Below are positions 1-10,433 of a stretch of 22,006 bases of DNA, piece by piece. This DNA is from an uncultured Aquificales bacterium (GTDB taxonomy: Bacteria > Thermosulfidibacterota > Thermosulfidibacteria > Thermosulfidibacterales > Thermosulfidibacteraceae): NCBI GenBank assembly GCA_964411615.1, contig CAYPLO010000024.1:3121-25126 (forward strand), written 5' to 3'. Position 1 is the stretch's first letter. Each line of letters starts with the position of its first letter. The notes under the pieces are model-generated. The model saw nothing but the letters and a program-made list of their open reading frames with translations. It did no database searches and was not told the DNA's origin. A program made the translations under genes and the position numbers.

Positions 1-788
1 TTAACCCTCGGCAGCCCAAGGACCTGCCTCACAAGGGGAGCCTTCTCCTTCACCAGGTCCTGCTTGGCCATGTAAAATGTGACACCCTTCTTGAAGGCCT
101 CCTCCACTAAGGAGGAGTCAACAGCGGATGTTATCATGATGACGGGGACGAATATCCCCTCCCTCCTTATGGCGTGGGTGAGCTCAAGACCGTTAACGCC
201 GGGCATGTTCAAATCAACGGTTATGAAGGCAAGCTCAGGCTCCTCCTTCACCACAAGCTCAAGGGCCTCTTTTGCATCCGCCGCCTCAAGATACTCTCCG
301 GGGAATATGGCGGAGAAGAAGGCCTTAACCTTAGCCCTTGATACGGCCGAGTCATCAACAACCACCACTTTTTTACGCTTTGCAAAGACATCCCGCCTCT
401 CGCTGAGGAACTGAACCGCCATATCCAGAACGAGCTCCCTGTCAAAGGGCTTGGGAAGGACAAAGTCAGGCAATAGAGAACCCTCCCAGTTAAGCTCATC
501 CTGTGAGGTAGTAATCATAACAACGGGATTTCCGTAATCCCTGTCGCCTTTAAGGGTCTCAACCAGCTCCTCAGCCCCTACATCCCCAGGAAGGGCCCTG
601 TCGCAGAGGACCAGGTCAAGGCCGTGCCTTTCAGCTCCCTCAACGAGCTGGTCAAGGTCGTCAAAGACGAAGGGCACAGAAAAGCCCTCAAAGAACTCCT
701 TCACTATGCCGGCCTGAACCCGGCTGTTGAGGAGGATTCCAACCCTTGTGTCTCCCAAAAGTTTAAACAGCCCCTTGCCCAGGAACAT
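1..788 (-). CDS. Tandem receiver (REC) domain signalling protein, 3' end outside window (partial)
   Basis: Manually translated from ATG at 788 with no stop before the edge: MFLGKGLFKLLGDTRVGILLNSRVQAGIV...GLDLVLCDRALPG...PVVMITT...PKPFDRE (atypical REC), then KKVVVVDDSAVSR...ITVDLNMPGVNGLEL...PVIMITSA...FYMAKQ (canonical REC). Absent from the ORF track because it runs off the edge. The start codon is uncertain. Confidence 0.85.
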   Translation of the reverse strand, partial: MFLGKGLFKLLGDTRVGILLNSRVQAGIVKEFFEGFSVPFVFDDLDQLVEGAERHGLDLVLCDRALPGDVGAEELVETLKGDRDYGNPVVMITTSQDELNWEGSLLPDFVLPKPFDRELVLDMAVQFLSERRDVFAKRKKVVVVDDSAVSRAKVKAFFSAIFPGEYLEAADAKEALELVVKEEPELAFITVDLNMPGVNGLELTHAIRREGIFVPVIMITSAVDSSLVEEAFKKGVTFYMAKQDLVKEKAPLVRQVLGLPRV

Positions 789-846
789 GTAATCATAGTA
801 AACCAAAACTGAAGGCAACTCAACAGTTAGAGTTGGGAGGGGCAAG

Positions 847-2784
847 ATGAGGGTCTCTTTAAAAGTGAAGTTGCTTGTGCCTGTGATAGCGGTCTTTATC
901 TACATAGCCTTCTCAACCTTCTTAGTTCATAAGACCCTCCAGGACCAGAAGTACACGGGGCTTGTAATCAACATAGCGGGAAGGCAGAGGATGCTCACCC
1001 AGAAGATGACCAAGGAGCTGCTCCTTTACCTGAAGACCCACGACGAGTCCTACAAAAAGCAGCTCAGCAACACCATGAAGATTTTTGAGATATGCCTCAA
1101 TGCCCTGACAGATTCGGGGAAGGTCCCGCTATCCCTGAATCTAAACAAGACAAAATGGGCCTATGTTCCACCCTCCACAGGAAAGGTTCACCAGCAGCTT
1201 CTGAAGGTGAAGAAGATATGGGATGAGTTCAAAAGAAGGGTAGACGAGCTGTTAAGGGGAGTGAACGAGCAGGAGAACCTCAAATGGATAGCTACAAACA
1301 ACATAAGGCTCCTAAAGGAGATGAACAGGGCCGTTTTCATGATGCAGTATCAGGCGGAGGCAAAGCTAAATAGACTGAGGATGTACCAGTTCGTGGGACT
1401 TGGAATCGGACTGGTGGCAATAATAGCCGTTATAGCGGCACTGGTGGTTGTGGATAGAAGGGTCAAAGAGGCGAGAGAAAAGATGCTAAACTGCATCTCG
1501 GATGGCAGTGTAAACCTGGAAGAAGAGATATCGGATAGAAGTGGAGATGAGATATCCGAGATAGTGAACGCAGCCAGCCAGATAATATCAACATTTAAAG
1601 GGAGACTCATGGAAATAATAGACCGCACCTGCATGATAAGTGCAGACTGTCCCGAAGCGGCAAACGCCGGGGTCAACGTGAAGACCATATCGGACGAGTA
1701 TGCGGACATGGTGGCGGATATCGTTCAGGCCATAAAGGAGCTGAAGAGTGCCATAGAGGATTTGGCCCAGGAGACACAGACGGCAGCCCTCTCCGCAGAG
1801 GAGGCCCACAGGCTGGTGGAAGACGGGGTTCACGCCATAAGGGCCTCCGTTGAGAAGTCCGGTATGGTGAAAGAGACCATTGAGGAGCTGTCCGCAGAGA
1901 CCGAAGAGCTGAGGGAGGCCTCAGAGAAGATATCCTCCATAGTGGAGGTGATAAACAGCATATCGGAGCAGACGAACCTTCTGGCCCTGAACGCAGCCAT
2001 TGAGGCGGCAAGAGCTGGGGAGCACGGAAGGGGCTTCGCCGTGGTGGCGGACGAGGTGAGGAAGCTGGCAGAGGAGACCATGAAGGCCACCAAGGACATA
2101 GAGGAGATGGTGAACCGGATACTGGAGAGCATAAAGAAGGTGGATAAGAAGTCCGAGGAGACGAGCTCCGTGGTTAAGGAGCAGATGGAGGCGGTAGAAG
2201 AGGGGGTGAGTGGACTTGAGAAGGTCCTTGAGCACATATCCCAGCTGAACAACATGATTATGAAGGTTTCGGCGGCAACAGAGGAGCAGTCGGCGGCGGT
2301 GGCCCAGATAGCGGAGTCCTCAGAAGTGCTTGACAGAAGGACGATGGATTTAAACAGCAACTCCGTAAACGCTCTTGAAAAGATAGACCACATGATAACG
2401 TCCATAGCCCAGCTGATTGAGACGACGACCAAGTTTAAGCTGAAGGAAGGGTTCAGGGAGCTACGAGAAGGCCTTAAGAAGCATCTCGTAAACACCATGA
2501 AGGTGTTAAAATACTGCATGGACATGGGGGCAGATATAAGCGACATAAAGCTGGACCACACAGAGTGCCCCTTTGGAAAATACCTTGAAAAAGCAAGGGA
2601 GGTGCTGGGACACGAAACCTACGGCAGACTCGTGGAGCTACACAGGAGGTGGCACGAAATCGTCAGGGGCATAGTGGAGGCAAAGGGCAGAGGGGACAGG
2701 GAACAGATAGTAAAGCTCACCGACGAGCTGGCAGAGACATCATCACAGCTCATTAAAGAGATTGCATCATCTATACAGGAGTAG
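847..2784 (+). CDS. Methyl-accepting chemotaxis protein with PilJ/NarX-like periplasmic sensor, HAMP, MA domain and C-terminal CZB domain
   Basis: Two TM helices; [13 protein letters not shown] motif; signalling hairpin [39 protein letters not shown]-terminal KHL...[10 protein letters not shown]...HRRWH; RBS GGGAGG upstream. Confidence 0.93.
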   Translation: MRVSLKVKLLVPVIAVFIYIAFSTFLVHKTLQDQKYTGLVINIAGRQRMLTQKMTKELLLYLKTHDESYKKQLSNTMKIFEICLNALTDSGKVPLSLNLNKTKWAYVPPSTGKVHQQLLKVKKIWDEFKRRVDELLRGVNEQENLKWIATNNIRLLKEMNRAVFMMQYQAEAKLNRLRMYQFVGLGIGLVAIIAVIAALVVVDRRVKEAREKMLNCISDGSVNLEEEISDRSGDEISEIVNAASQIISTFKGRLMEIIDRTCMISADCPEAANAGVNVKTISDEYADMVADIVQAIKELKSAIEDLAQETQTAALSAEEAHRLVEDGVHAIRASVEKSGMVKETIEELSAETEELREASEKISSIVEVINSISEQTNLLALNAAIEAARAGEHGRGFAVVADEVRKLAEETMKATKDIEEMVNRILESIKKVDKKSEETSSVVKEQMEAVEEGVSGLEKVLEHISQLNNMIMKVSAATEEQSAAVAQIAESSEVLDRRTMDLNSNSVNALEKIDHMITSIAQLIETTTKFKLKEGFRELREGLKKHLVNTMKVLKYCMDMGADISDIKLDHTECPFGKYLEKAREVLGHETYGRLVELHRRWHEIVRGIVEAKGRGDREQIVKLTDELAETSSQLIKEIASSIQE

Positions 2785-2787
2785 AAG

Positions 2788-4116
2788 ATGGGACAGATAC
2801 CGAGATTTTGGTATAACGTGCTACCGGACCTTCCAAGACCTTTAGAGCCGCCCCTGCATCCAGGGACCAGAAGGCCACTGACACCGGAGGACCTTTCACA
2901 CCTCTTCCCCCATGCCCTTATAGAGCAGGAGATGTCCACCAATAGGTGGATTGAGATACCGGAAAGTGTGCTTGAGACTTACGCCCTGTGGCGTCCCACA
3001 CCCCTTCTCAGGGCAAGGCGCCTTGAGGAGGCCCTCAACACCCCTGCAAGGATATACTACAAGTACGAGGGGGCAAGCCCTGCGGGAAGCCACAAGCCAA
3101 ACACCGCCATAGCCCAGGCCTACTACAACGCAAAGGAGGGGACCAGAAGGCTCACAACAGAGACGGGGGCGGGCCAGTGGGGCTCCGCCTTAGCCCTGGC
3201 GTGCAGGCTCTTCGGGCTTGAGTGCAAGGTCTTCATGGTGAAGGTGAGCTACCAGCAAAAGCCCTACCGCAGGACCATGATGGAGGTGTGGGGAGCAAAG
3301 GTGATACCAAGCCCAAGCGACCAGACGGAGGTGGGAAGGAGTATTCTTGAGAGAGACCCTGAGAACCCGGGCTCCTTAGGCATAGCCATAAGCGAGGCTG
3401 TGGAGGAGGCCACAAAGGACCCCAAGACCCACTACGCCCTGGGCTCCGTCCTGAACCACGTGCTTTTGCACCAGACGGTTATAGGCCTTGAGGCCAAGGA
3501 ACAGCTGGCGGAGCTGGGGGAGTATCCGGATGTGGTTATAGGCTGCTGCGGGGGAGGCTCAAACCTGGGAGGTGTGGCCCTGCCCTTCTACATGGATGTA
3601 GCCTGCGGGAAAGAGGTGAGGCTTGTGGCGGTTGAGCCCAAGGCATGCCCCACCCTGACCAAGGGGCTTTACGCCTACGATTACGGAGACGTGGCGGGGA
3701 TGACCCCACTTCTCAAGATGTACACTCTGAGCCACAACTTCATCCCCCCATCAATCCATGCGGGAGGGCTGAGGTATCACGGCGACTCTCCCATAATAAG
3801 CCTGCTGGTGAGGGAAGGGATAATGGAGGCTGTGGCGTACCACCAGAGCGAGGTCTTTGAGGCGGCACTGCTCTTTGCCAGAACGGAGGGGATAATACCA
3901 GCACCTGAGACCGCCCATGCCGTTAAAGCCGCCATAGACGAGGCGGTAAAGGCCAAGGAGGAGGGAAGGGAGAAGGTGATACTCTTCTGCTTCTCAGGCC
4001 ACGGGCTTCTGGATTTGAGCGCCTACGAGAGCTATCTGAAGGGCCATCTCAAGGATATGGAACCTGAACAGTCCCGGCTTGAGGAGGCCCTGAGAAGGCT
4101 TGAAAAACAGGGCTAA
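2788..4116 (+). CDS. trpB2: TrpB2-type tryptophan synthase beta-like PLP enzyme
   Basis: [30 protein letters not shown] (PLP Lys), [36 protein letters not shown]; no adjacent trpA. Confidence 0.95.
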   Translation: MGQIPRFWYNVLPDLPRPLEPPLHPGTRRPLTPEDLSHLFPHALIEQEMSTNRWIEIPESVLETYALWRPTPLLRARRLEEALNTPARIYYKYEGASPAGSHKPNTAIAQAYYNAKEGTRRLTTETGAGQWGSALALACRLFGLECKVFMVKVSYQQKPYRRTMMEVWGAKVIPSPSDQTEVGRSILERDPENPGSLGIAISEAVEEATKDPKTHYALGSVLNHVLLHQTVIGLEAKEQLAELGEYPDVVIGCCGGGSNLGGVALPFYMDVACGKEVRLVAVEPKACPTLTKGLYAYDYGDVAGMTPLLKMYTLSHNFIPPSIHAGGLRYHGDSPIISLLVREGIMEAVAYHQSEVFEAALLFARTEGIIPAPETAHAVKAAIDEAVKAKEEGREKVILFCFSGHGLLDLSAYESYLKGHLKDMEPEQSRLEEALRRLEKQG

Positions 4117-5501
4117 AGCAGCATAACGGTGTTGGTCCTGCGGTTGTGGCTGAAGTGGGTTCCCAGAACCGCTATGAACCTGTCCTCCTCCCTTATCAGG
4201 CCCCTCTCCGTGGCAAGCCGCATGAATTCTTTAAGCATCTCCTCGGAGCTCTGGTAGGTGGCCAGAACCGCAAAGGGGACAACGCCCCACACCACCGATA
4301 GCCTCCTGAGCACCTCCTGGCTGGTGGTGCAGGCAACTATGGGGCACCTGGGCCTGTAGCGGGCCACCCTAAGGGCAGACCTTCCCGTGCAGGTGAAGAC
4401 GGCTATCCCTGTGGCCTCTATATCCCTGGCCAGGATGGTGGCCGAATAGGCGAGGGCAGACTCCTGGGTGAGGCGCGGGGGCTTGCGGTAGTAGCTGTAG
4501 TGCCTCTCGGCCTCCCTTATGGTCCTGTCCATCATCTCCACCGCCTCAACGGGGTATCTGCCCACGGTGGTCTCATCGGAGAGCATCACCGCATCGGTGC
4601 CGTCAAGGACAGCATTGGCTATGTCCGAAACATCGGCCCTGGTGGGGAAGGGAGAGTTTATCATGGAGGTGAGCATCTGGGTGGCGGTTATCACAGGCTT
4701 ACCCCTGTCTATGGACTTCGCCACCAGCTCCTTCTGGACTATGGGCACCCTCTCAATCTCTATCTCAACTCCCAAGTCTCCCCTGGCAACCATGATGCCG
4801 TCGGCGGCATCCACTATGGCATCTGCGTTCTTCACCGCCTCGTGCTTCTCTATCTTGGCAAAAACAGGCTGGTCCCCGCCGAAGCTCTTTATGTACTTTT
4901 TAGCCATAAGGACATCCACGGGGTCCTTGACGAAGGAGACGGCCACAATATCAACCCCCATCTCAACCCCAAATCTCATATCCTCCACGTCCTTCTCCGT
5001 TATGGCGGGGATATCCAGCTCCACATCGGGGAAGTTCACCCCCTTCTTGAGGGAGAGCACGCCACCGTTGAGGACCCTGCACCTGACCCAGTGGGGGTTA
5101 ATCTCCTCAACGCACAGCCTTATGGTGCCGTCGGCCATGTAGATGTGGGAACCAGGGGATAACCTGTCCAGCACCTCAGGATAGGAGATGCCTATGGCAT
5201 CCTCTTCCTCGGAGCCCTTGCGGAGTATCTTCACAGTGTCCCCCTGATGCAGGGTGACGCTTCCCCCCTTCAGGTAGGTGACCCTTATCTTGGGCCCCGA
5301 AAGGTCCTGAAGTATCGCCACGGGCCTGCCGAGCCGGGAGGAGACCTCCCTTATCTTCTCTATGTTCTCCCTGTGGTAGTCCCTGGTGCCGTGGCTGAAG
5401 TTGAGCCTGAAGACGTCAACCCCTGCCCTTATGAGCCTCTCTATCATCTCCACGCTGTCGGTGGCGGGACCGAGGGTTGCAACTATCTTAGTCCTTCTCA
5501 T
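4113..5501 (-). CDS. pyk: Pyruvate kinase
   Basis: Start corrected to ATG 5501 ([14 protein letters not shown]). Motifs [51 protein letters not shown]. Stop overlaps the convergent trpB2 stop by 4 nt. Confidence 0.96.
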   Translation of the reverse strand: MRRTKIVATLGPATDSVEMIERLIRAGVDVFRLNFSHGTRDYHRENIEKIREVSSRLGRPVAILQDLSGPKIRVTYLKGGSVTLHQGDTVKILRKGSEEEDAIGISYPEVLDRLSPGSHIYMADGTIRLCVEEINPHWVRCRVLNGGVLSLKKGVNFPDVELDIPAITEKDVEDMRFGVEMGVDIVAVSFVKDPVDVLMAKKYIKSFGGDQPVFAKIEKHEAVKNADAIVDAADGIMVARGDLGVEIEIERVPIVQKELVAKSIDRGKPVITATQMLTSMINSPFPTRADVSDIANAVLDGTDAVMLSDETTVGRYPVEAVEMMDRTIREAERHYSYYRKPPRLTQESALAYSATILARDIEATGIAVFTCTGRSALRVARYRPRCPIVACTTSQEVLRRLSVVWGVVPFAVLATYQSSEEMLKEFMRLATERGLIREEDRFIAVLGTHFSHNRRTNTVMLL

Positions 5502-5976
5502 GCTCCATGGCCTCCAGTATGCTTGTGGTTGAGTGGTCCTTAGGGTCTCCGCAGATGATGACCTCCCCCCCGTAGGACTCAACGGTCTCCCTCTCCGGCA
5601 CCGTCTCCGGAGTGTAGTCTGTCCCCTTGGCCTGGAAGTGGGGCTTCAGATAGGCCAGAATCCTGTCAAGCCTCTCGTCGTCAAAGACGAAGACGTAGTC
5701 CACACAGCCCAGGGCCGCCACTATCTCCGCCCGTTCCTCCTGGGGCATGTAGGGCCTTTTGGGACCCTTGAGCCTCCTCACGGAGGAGTCAGAGTTGACG
5801 GCAACAATCAGAACATCCCCGTGCCTCTTGGCGTCTTCAAGGTATCTGACGTGTCCCACGTGAAGTATGTCAAAGCAGCCGTTGGCAAGCACCACCCTCT
5901 TCCCCTGAGAGCGGGCCTCGTCCACTATCCTCTTTATCTCCTCAAGGGACTTTATCTTCTCGCTACTGGAGGTCAT
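5488..5976 (-). CDS. hldC: D-glycero-beta-D-manno-heptose 1-phosphate adenylyltransferase (RfaE domain II / HldC-like)
   Basis: [16 protein letters not shown] (HxGH), [26 protein letters not shown]; adjacent to the heptose kinase. ATG 5976 chosen because of a GGAGG upstream. Confidence 0.85.
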   Translation of the reverse strand: MTSSSEKIKSLEEIKRIVDEARSQGKRVVLANGCFDILHVGHVRYLEDAKRHGDVLIVAVNSDSSVRRLKGPKRPYMPQEERAEIVAALGCVDYVFVFDDERLDRILAYLKPHFQAKGTDYTPETVPERETVESYGGEVIICGDPKDHSTTSILEAMEHEKD

Positions 5977-6967
5977 CCTCAACCGCCTCCACCAGCTCCT
6001 GCACAGAGACCGTGGCCGTTCCCATCTTCATCACCACTATGCCTCCTGCGTAGTTGGCGAGTCTTGCCGCCTCATAGAAGGTGGCCCCTGCGGCGAGGGC
6101 ACAGGTGAAGGTGGCTATCACCGTATCACCGGCCCCCGTCACATCCGCAACCTCATCGGTGCCGTAGATGCCTATGTGGACAGGGGGCTTTCCCCTCTCA
6201 AAGAGGGCCATCCCCTTCCTGCCCCTGGTTATGAGCACAGCCCTGTTGCCGGTAAGCTCCAAGAGTCTGAATCCAGCCTCCTCAATATTGCCGTCGTCTA
6301 TGCGGGACCATCCTAAGGCAGCAGCCGCCTCAGGCTCGTTGGGGGTGCATGCGGTAACTCCCCTAAAGTCAAGCACCCTGTAGCGGGAATCCACGGTTAT
6401 GAGCCTGTGGTTCAGCCCTTTCAGGAAGTCCATAACGGGGCCGGAGACCGTCCCGTAGCCGTAGTCGGAAACCAGCAGGGCATCAACACCATCCAGAACA
6501 GACTCAAGCCTGTCAATGAGCCTTCCGTAGAACTCAACTGGAGGAGCGGCATCAGGCTCCCTGTCCAGCCTCACCACCTGCTGCTTAACCGTGTGGTGGC
6601 TTCCCGCCAGTATCCTGGTCTTGGTGGGGGTTATGCGACCGGGCACCTCCACAAGGTATCTGGTGTCCATGCCCAGCTCCTCCATTTTCTCTCTGAGCCG
6701 CCTGCCGTTCTCATCATCCCCCAAGAAGCCCACAGGGATGGCCTCCACTCCGAGGGACCTCACGTTGTTGAGGGCGTTGGCCCCTCCTCCAAGTACCATC
6801 CTTTCTCCCTCGTACCTGAGGATGAGGACGGGGGCTTCACGGGAGACCCTTGAGGCGAGGGAGTAGATGTACAGGTCCACGATGAAGTCCCCCAGCACCG
6901 CAACCCTCAGGCGTGGGAACCTCTCCAGAACCTCAATCAGCCTGCTCTTCAAAGAACTTTCCTGCAC
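5963..6967 (-). CDS. hldA: D-glycero-beta-D-manno-heptose-7-phosphate kinase (RfaE domain I / HldA-like, PfkB family)
   Basis: [10 protein letters not shown]...[62 protein letters not shown]. Confidence 0.88.
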   Translation of the reverse strand: MQESSLKSRLIEVLERFPRLRVAVLGDFIVDLYIYSLASRVSREAPVLILRYEGERMVLGGGANALNNVRSLGVEAIPVGFLGDDENGRRLREKMEELGMDTRYLVEVPGRITPTKTRILAGSHHTVKQQVVRLDREPDAAPPVEFYGRLIDRLESVLDGVDALLVSDYGYGTVSGPVMDFLKGLNHRLITVDSRYRVLDFRGVTACTPNEPEAAAALGWSRIDDGNIEEAGFRLLELTGNRAVLITRGRKGMALFERGKPPVHIGIYGTDEVADVTGAGDTVIATFTCALAAGATFYEAARLANYAGGIVVMKMGTATVSVQELVEAVEDDLQ

Positions 6968-7481
6968 GAAGCCTCACCTCTTCAAGTATTTCCGGCCTCT
7001 CAAGCACCTCCCCCTCATGCTCAAGGCCCCTGAAGAGAAGCTCAACCTCCAAGGATGCCCCAAGGGTCCTCATCCACACCTTGGCCATGAGCCTTATGGG
7101 AAGAAAGAGATTCTCCCCACCCGATGCTCCCACCGCCATGAGCACCCCTCTTTTGGAAACAGGGGGATGGCGGTACCACCAGGGCTGGCACCTGTCCATA
7201 AAGGCCTTTAACGGAGCAGGCGGTCCGTAGAAGTAGATGGGGGTGGAGACCACCAGCACATCGGCCTCCTCCAGCAGGGGATACAGCTTCCCCATGTCGT
7301 CCTCTATAACGCAGTGGGATGAAGCGCAGGCACCACACGCAACGCAAGGCTTTATGTCAACCCCGTAAAGGTTAACCAGCTCAACCTCGGCACCGGAAGG
7401 TGCACAATCAAGGAAGGTCTCCAGAAGGATGAGGGAGTTGCCCCTCTTCCTGGGGGTGGCCCTAAGGGCGAGAATCCTCAT
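6933..7481 (-). CDS. Flavodoxin-fold iron-sulfur flavoprotein / NADPH-dependent FMN reductase family protein
   Basis: ATPRKRGNS phosphate loop, [12 protein letters not shown] (CX2CX2CX4C), [15 protein letters not shown]; the ATG overlaps the infC stop (TGATG). Confidence 0.85.
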   Translation of the reverse strand: MRILALRATPRKRGNSLILLETFLDCAPSGAEVELVNLYGVDIKPCVACGACASSHCVIEDDMGKLYPLLEEADVLVVSTPIYFYGPPAPLKAFMDRCQPWWYRHPPVSKRGVLMAVGASGGENLFLPIRLMAKVWMRTLGASLEVELLFRGLEHEGEVLERPEILEEVRLRAGKFFEEQAD

Positions 7482-8008
7482 CACTTCTTAGGCTTAGGGG
7501 CAAGCACCATGACCATCTGCCTGCCCTCAAGCTCGGGCCTCTTCTCCACAACCGCCACATCCTCAAGGTCAGAAACGAGTCTATCCAGCACCTCCCTACC
7601 CGTATCAACGAAGGCCATCTCCCTGCCCCTGAACCTCATCACTATCTTCACCTTATCGCCATCCTCAAGGAACTCCCTGGCATGTTTCAGCTTCACCTGA
7701 TAGTCGTGCTCCTCTATCTTGGGCCTGAACCTCAGCTCCTTCACCTCTATAATCTTCTGCTTCTTCTTGGCCTCCTTGGCCTTCTTCTTCAGCTCGTACT
7801 TGTACTTGCCCAAATCCATCATCCTGCACACGGGAGGGTTGGCGTTGGGGGCAACGAGAATCAAATCGTATCCCGCGTCCCTCGCCAGATTCAGGGCCTC
7901 TCTGGTGGGCATGATGCCCAGCTGCTTTCCCTCAGGGGATATGACCCTCACCTCCCTGGCCCTTATCTGCTCGTTGGCTATAATCTTGAAATCGTCCTTT
8001 ACACCTAT
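7481..8008 (-). CDS. infC: Translation initiation factor IF-3, non-canonical ATA start
   Basis: The frame stays open upstream of the track start: [25 protein letters not shown]..., containing the conserved NExI..REVR motif. SD AAGGAGGTG lies just upstream of ATA 8008. Also [13 protein letters not shown] and RFRGRE. Confidence 0.93.
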   Translation of the reverse strand: MGVKDDFKIIANEQIRAREVRVISPEGKQLGIMPTREALNLARDAGYDLILVAPNANPPVCRMMDLGKYKYELKKKAKEAKKKQKIIEVKELRFRPKIEEHDYQVKLKHAREFLEDGDKVKIVMRFRGREMAFVDTGREVLDRLVSDLEDVAVVEKRPELEGRQMVMVLAPKPKK

Positions 8009-8010
8009 GG

Positions 8011-9930
8011 CTACACCTCCTTGCCCTTTGTCTCTATCTCTCTCTTCAGCATGGCCAACACCTCATCCAGGGTCATGGCCCCCAGCTGGCCCTTACCCTT
8101 CCTCCTCACGCTGAAGGTCCCCTCCTGCATCTCCCTGTTGCCCGCAACCAGCATGTAGGGAACCTTCTCCACCTCGGCGGCCCTTATCTTATAGCCTATC
8201 TTCTCGTTTCTCACATCGGCCTCGGCCCTTATCCCCTCCCCCTTGAGCCTCTCCACCGCATCAAGGACGTAGTCCCTCTGCTCATCGGTGATGTTCATAA
8301 CCCTCACCTGCACAGGGGCCAGCCACAGGGGGAAGTTTCCGGCGTAGTGCTCTATGAGCACGCCGAAGAACCTCTCAAGGGAGCCCAGAAGGGCCCTGTG
8401 TATCATGTAGGGACGCTTCTCATAGCCGTCCCTGTCCCTGTAGGTGAGGTCAAACCTCTCGGGGAGGTTGAAGTCAAACTGTATGGTGGAGCACTGCCAC
8501 TCCCTGCCTATGGCGTCGTTGATGGTTATGTCAATCTTCGGACCGTAAAAGGCCCCCTCCCCCTCCTCAATGCTGTACTCAAGCCCAAGGGACTCAACGG
8601 CCCTCATGAGGGCCCCCGTGGCCACCTCCCACATCTCATCGGTCCCTATGGCCTTATCGGGCTTGGTAGAGATATAGACGTTCAGGTCCTCAAAGCCGAA
8701 GTCCCTCAGCATCTGGATGGCGAACTCAACGGTGGACTTTATCTCCTCCTCAACCTGGTCTTCCCTGGCGAATATGTGGGCATCGTCCTGGGTGAAGCCC
8801 CTCACCCTCAGAAGGCCATGGAGCACACCGGACTTCTCGTACCTGTAGACGGTCCCCAGCTCCGCAAGCCTTATGGGAAGGTCCCTGTAGCTCCTCAGCT
8901 CAGACTTGTAAACGTGGATGTGGAATGGGCAGTTCATGGGCTTCACAAAGTAGCTCACGTTCTCAAGCTTCATCTCCGGGAACATGTGCTCCCTGTAGAA
9001 CTCCAGATGCCCGCTGGTCTCCCACAGCTGGGACTTGCCCACGTGGGGGGTGTATATGAGCTGATAGCCCGCCTCCTCGTGCCTCTTCTTCCAGTAGTCC
9101 TCTATTATCCTGCGGACCACAGCCCCCTTGGGCAGCCATATCACCAGACCGGGGCCCACCTCCTCCTCTATCAGAAAGAGCTTGAGCTCCCTGCCGAGTC
9201 TTCTGTGGTCTCGCTTTTTGGCCTCCTCTAAGAACCTGAGGTACTCCCTCAGCTGCTTCCTGTCGGGGAAGGAGACCCCGTATATCCTCTGGAGCATCTT
9301 GTTCCTCTCATCCCCCCTCCAGTAGGCCCCTGCAACCCCCGTGAGCTTGAAGGCCTTGACAATGCCCGTGGAGGGGATGTGTGGTCCCCTGCACAGGTCA
9401 ACGAAGTCCCCGGTCCTGTAGAGGGAGACCTTCTCGTCCCCTATCTCGTCCAGTATCTCCAGCTTGTAGTCCTCCCCCATCTCCTTAAAGAGCCTGTAGG
9501 CCTCCTCCTTGGGGACCTCCACCCTCTCAAAGGGAATGTTCTCCTCAACGATTCTGGCCATCTCACCTTCAATGGCCTCAAGGTCCTCGGGGGTAAATCC
9601 CCTGTCAAAGTCAAAGTCGTAGTAGAAGCCCGTCTCTATGGCGGGCCCTATGGTCACCTTCACCTCGGGAAACAGCCTCTTCACGGCGGCGGCCATGATA
9701 TGGGCTGTGCTGTGCCAGAAGGTCTCCTTCCCCTCGGGGTCCTCAAAGGTGACAGGCTCAACAACGGCATCCTCATTCACAGGGAAGTTAAGGTCCACAA
9801 GCCGGCCGTTGAGCTTAGCCACAAGGGTCCTACCCGCAACATTTGGGTAAAGCCTCTCTATAACCTCTTTAACACTTACCCCCGGGGGAAACTGTAAACT
9901 CCTACCCTCAGGTGTGGATACGGTTATCAT
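8011..9930 (-). CDS. thrS: Threonine--tRNA ligase
   Basis: TGS N-terminus, [80 protein letters not shown]. Confidence 0.98.
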   Translation of the reverse strand: MITVSTPEGRSLQFPPGVSVKEVIERLYPNVAGRTLVAKLNGRLVDLNFPVNEDAVVEPVTFEDPEGKETFWHSTAHIMAAAVKRLFPEVKVTIGPAIETGFYYDFDFDRGFTPEDLEAIEGEMARIVEENIPFERVEVPKEEAYRLFKEMGEDYKLEILDEIGDEKVSLYRTGDFVDLCRGPHIPSTGIVKAFKLTGVAGAYWRGDERNKMLQRIYGVSFPDRKQLREYLRFLEEAKKRDHRRLGRELKLFLIEEEVGPGLVIWLPKGAVVRRIIEDYWKKRHEEAGYQLIYTPHVGKSQLWETSGHLEFYREHMFPEMKLENVSYFVKPMNCPFHIHVYKSELRSYRDLPIRLAELGTVYRYEKSGVLHGLLRVRGFTQDDAHIFAREDQVEEEIKSTVEFAIQMLRDFGFEDLNVYISTKPDKAIGTDEMWEVATGALMRAVESLGLEYSIEEGEGAFYGPKIDITINDAIGREWQCSTIQFDFNLPERFDLTYRDRDGYEKRPYMIHRALLGSLERFFGVLIEHYAGNFPLWLAPVQVRVMNITDEQRDYVLDAVERLKGEGIRAEADVRNEKIGYKIRAAEVEKVPYMLVAGNREMQEGTFSVRRKGKGQLGAMTLDEVLAMLKREIETKGKEV

Positions 9931-10027
9931 CGGGCTACCTCCAAGCAGCTATAAAAGAACATCTGGGAGGGTATTACCACAGCCTCTCACCAAAGACCAG
10001 AGATGGTGGGTTGGTCCACAGAAAAAC

Positions 10028-10102
10028 TGGTAGGGACGGGCGGATTCGAACCGCCGACCCCTTGCGCGTCAAGCAAGTGCTCTCCCCCTGAGCTACGTCC
10101 CT
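10028..10102 (-). tRNA. tRNA-Val(GAC)
   Basis: Cloverleaf AGGGACG/CGTCCCT, D arm GCTC/GAGC, anticodon stem CTTGC/GCAAG with loop TTGACGC, T arm GGCGG-TTCGAAT-CCGCC, encoded ACCA. Confidence 0.96.
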
Positions 10103-10121
10103 ACCCATCCAGTAATCAGGT

Positions 10122-10433
10122 TTAGCCCTGCTCCTGCTCTTTGTCAAGGGCCTCGGTAACAACAGACTTAACGAAGTGAAAGAGCTTCACGGCGTTCTCG
10201 TCCTTTATCCAGTAGCAGGTCTTAACCCCTTCCTTTCTGGAGTCTATTATCCCCCTCTGCTTGAGGATGGCCAGATGCTGGGAGACGTTGGACTGCTGTA
10301 GCCCCAGCTCCTCCCAGAGGAACTTGACGCAGGTCATCTTCTCCTTCATGAGGTACTCCAGAATCTTGAGCCTGGTAGGATGGGCCAGGGCCTTTATGTA
10401 TTCGGCCATCTCCTCGTATATCCTCTCCTCCAC
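10122..10433 (-). CDS. ArsR/SmtB-family transcriptional regulator (own GTG start, also in frame with upstream pyrF)
   Basis: KALAHPTRLKILEYL...CVKFLWEELGLQQSNVSQHLAILKQRGII..RKEG winged HTH; SD GGGGAGG 5 nt before GTG 10433. Confidence 0.88.
   Translation of the reverse strand: MEERIYEEMAEYIKALAHPTRLKILEYLMKEKMTCVKFLWEELGLQQSNVSQHLAILKQRGIIDSRKEGVKTCYWIKDENAVKLFHFVKSVVTEALDKEQEQG

Noticed and set aside
817..836. Short inverted repeat CAACTC-N8-GAGTTG before the MCP RBS, and a search for a sigma28 promoter
   Set aside because: A 6-bp stem is too weak to call, and no TAAA-N15-GCCGATAA match was seen.
5502..5582. 27-codon N-terminal extension of pyruvate kinase in the ORF track
   Set aside because: It overlaps hldC; the conserved start MRRTKIV is at 5501.
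9931..10027. T-box riboswitch upstream of thrS
   Set aside because: Only 97 nt are available, with no Stem I or specifier loop, no GGTGGNACCGCG match and no terminator.
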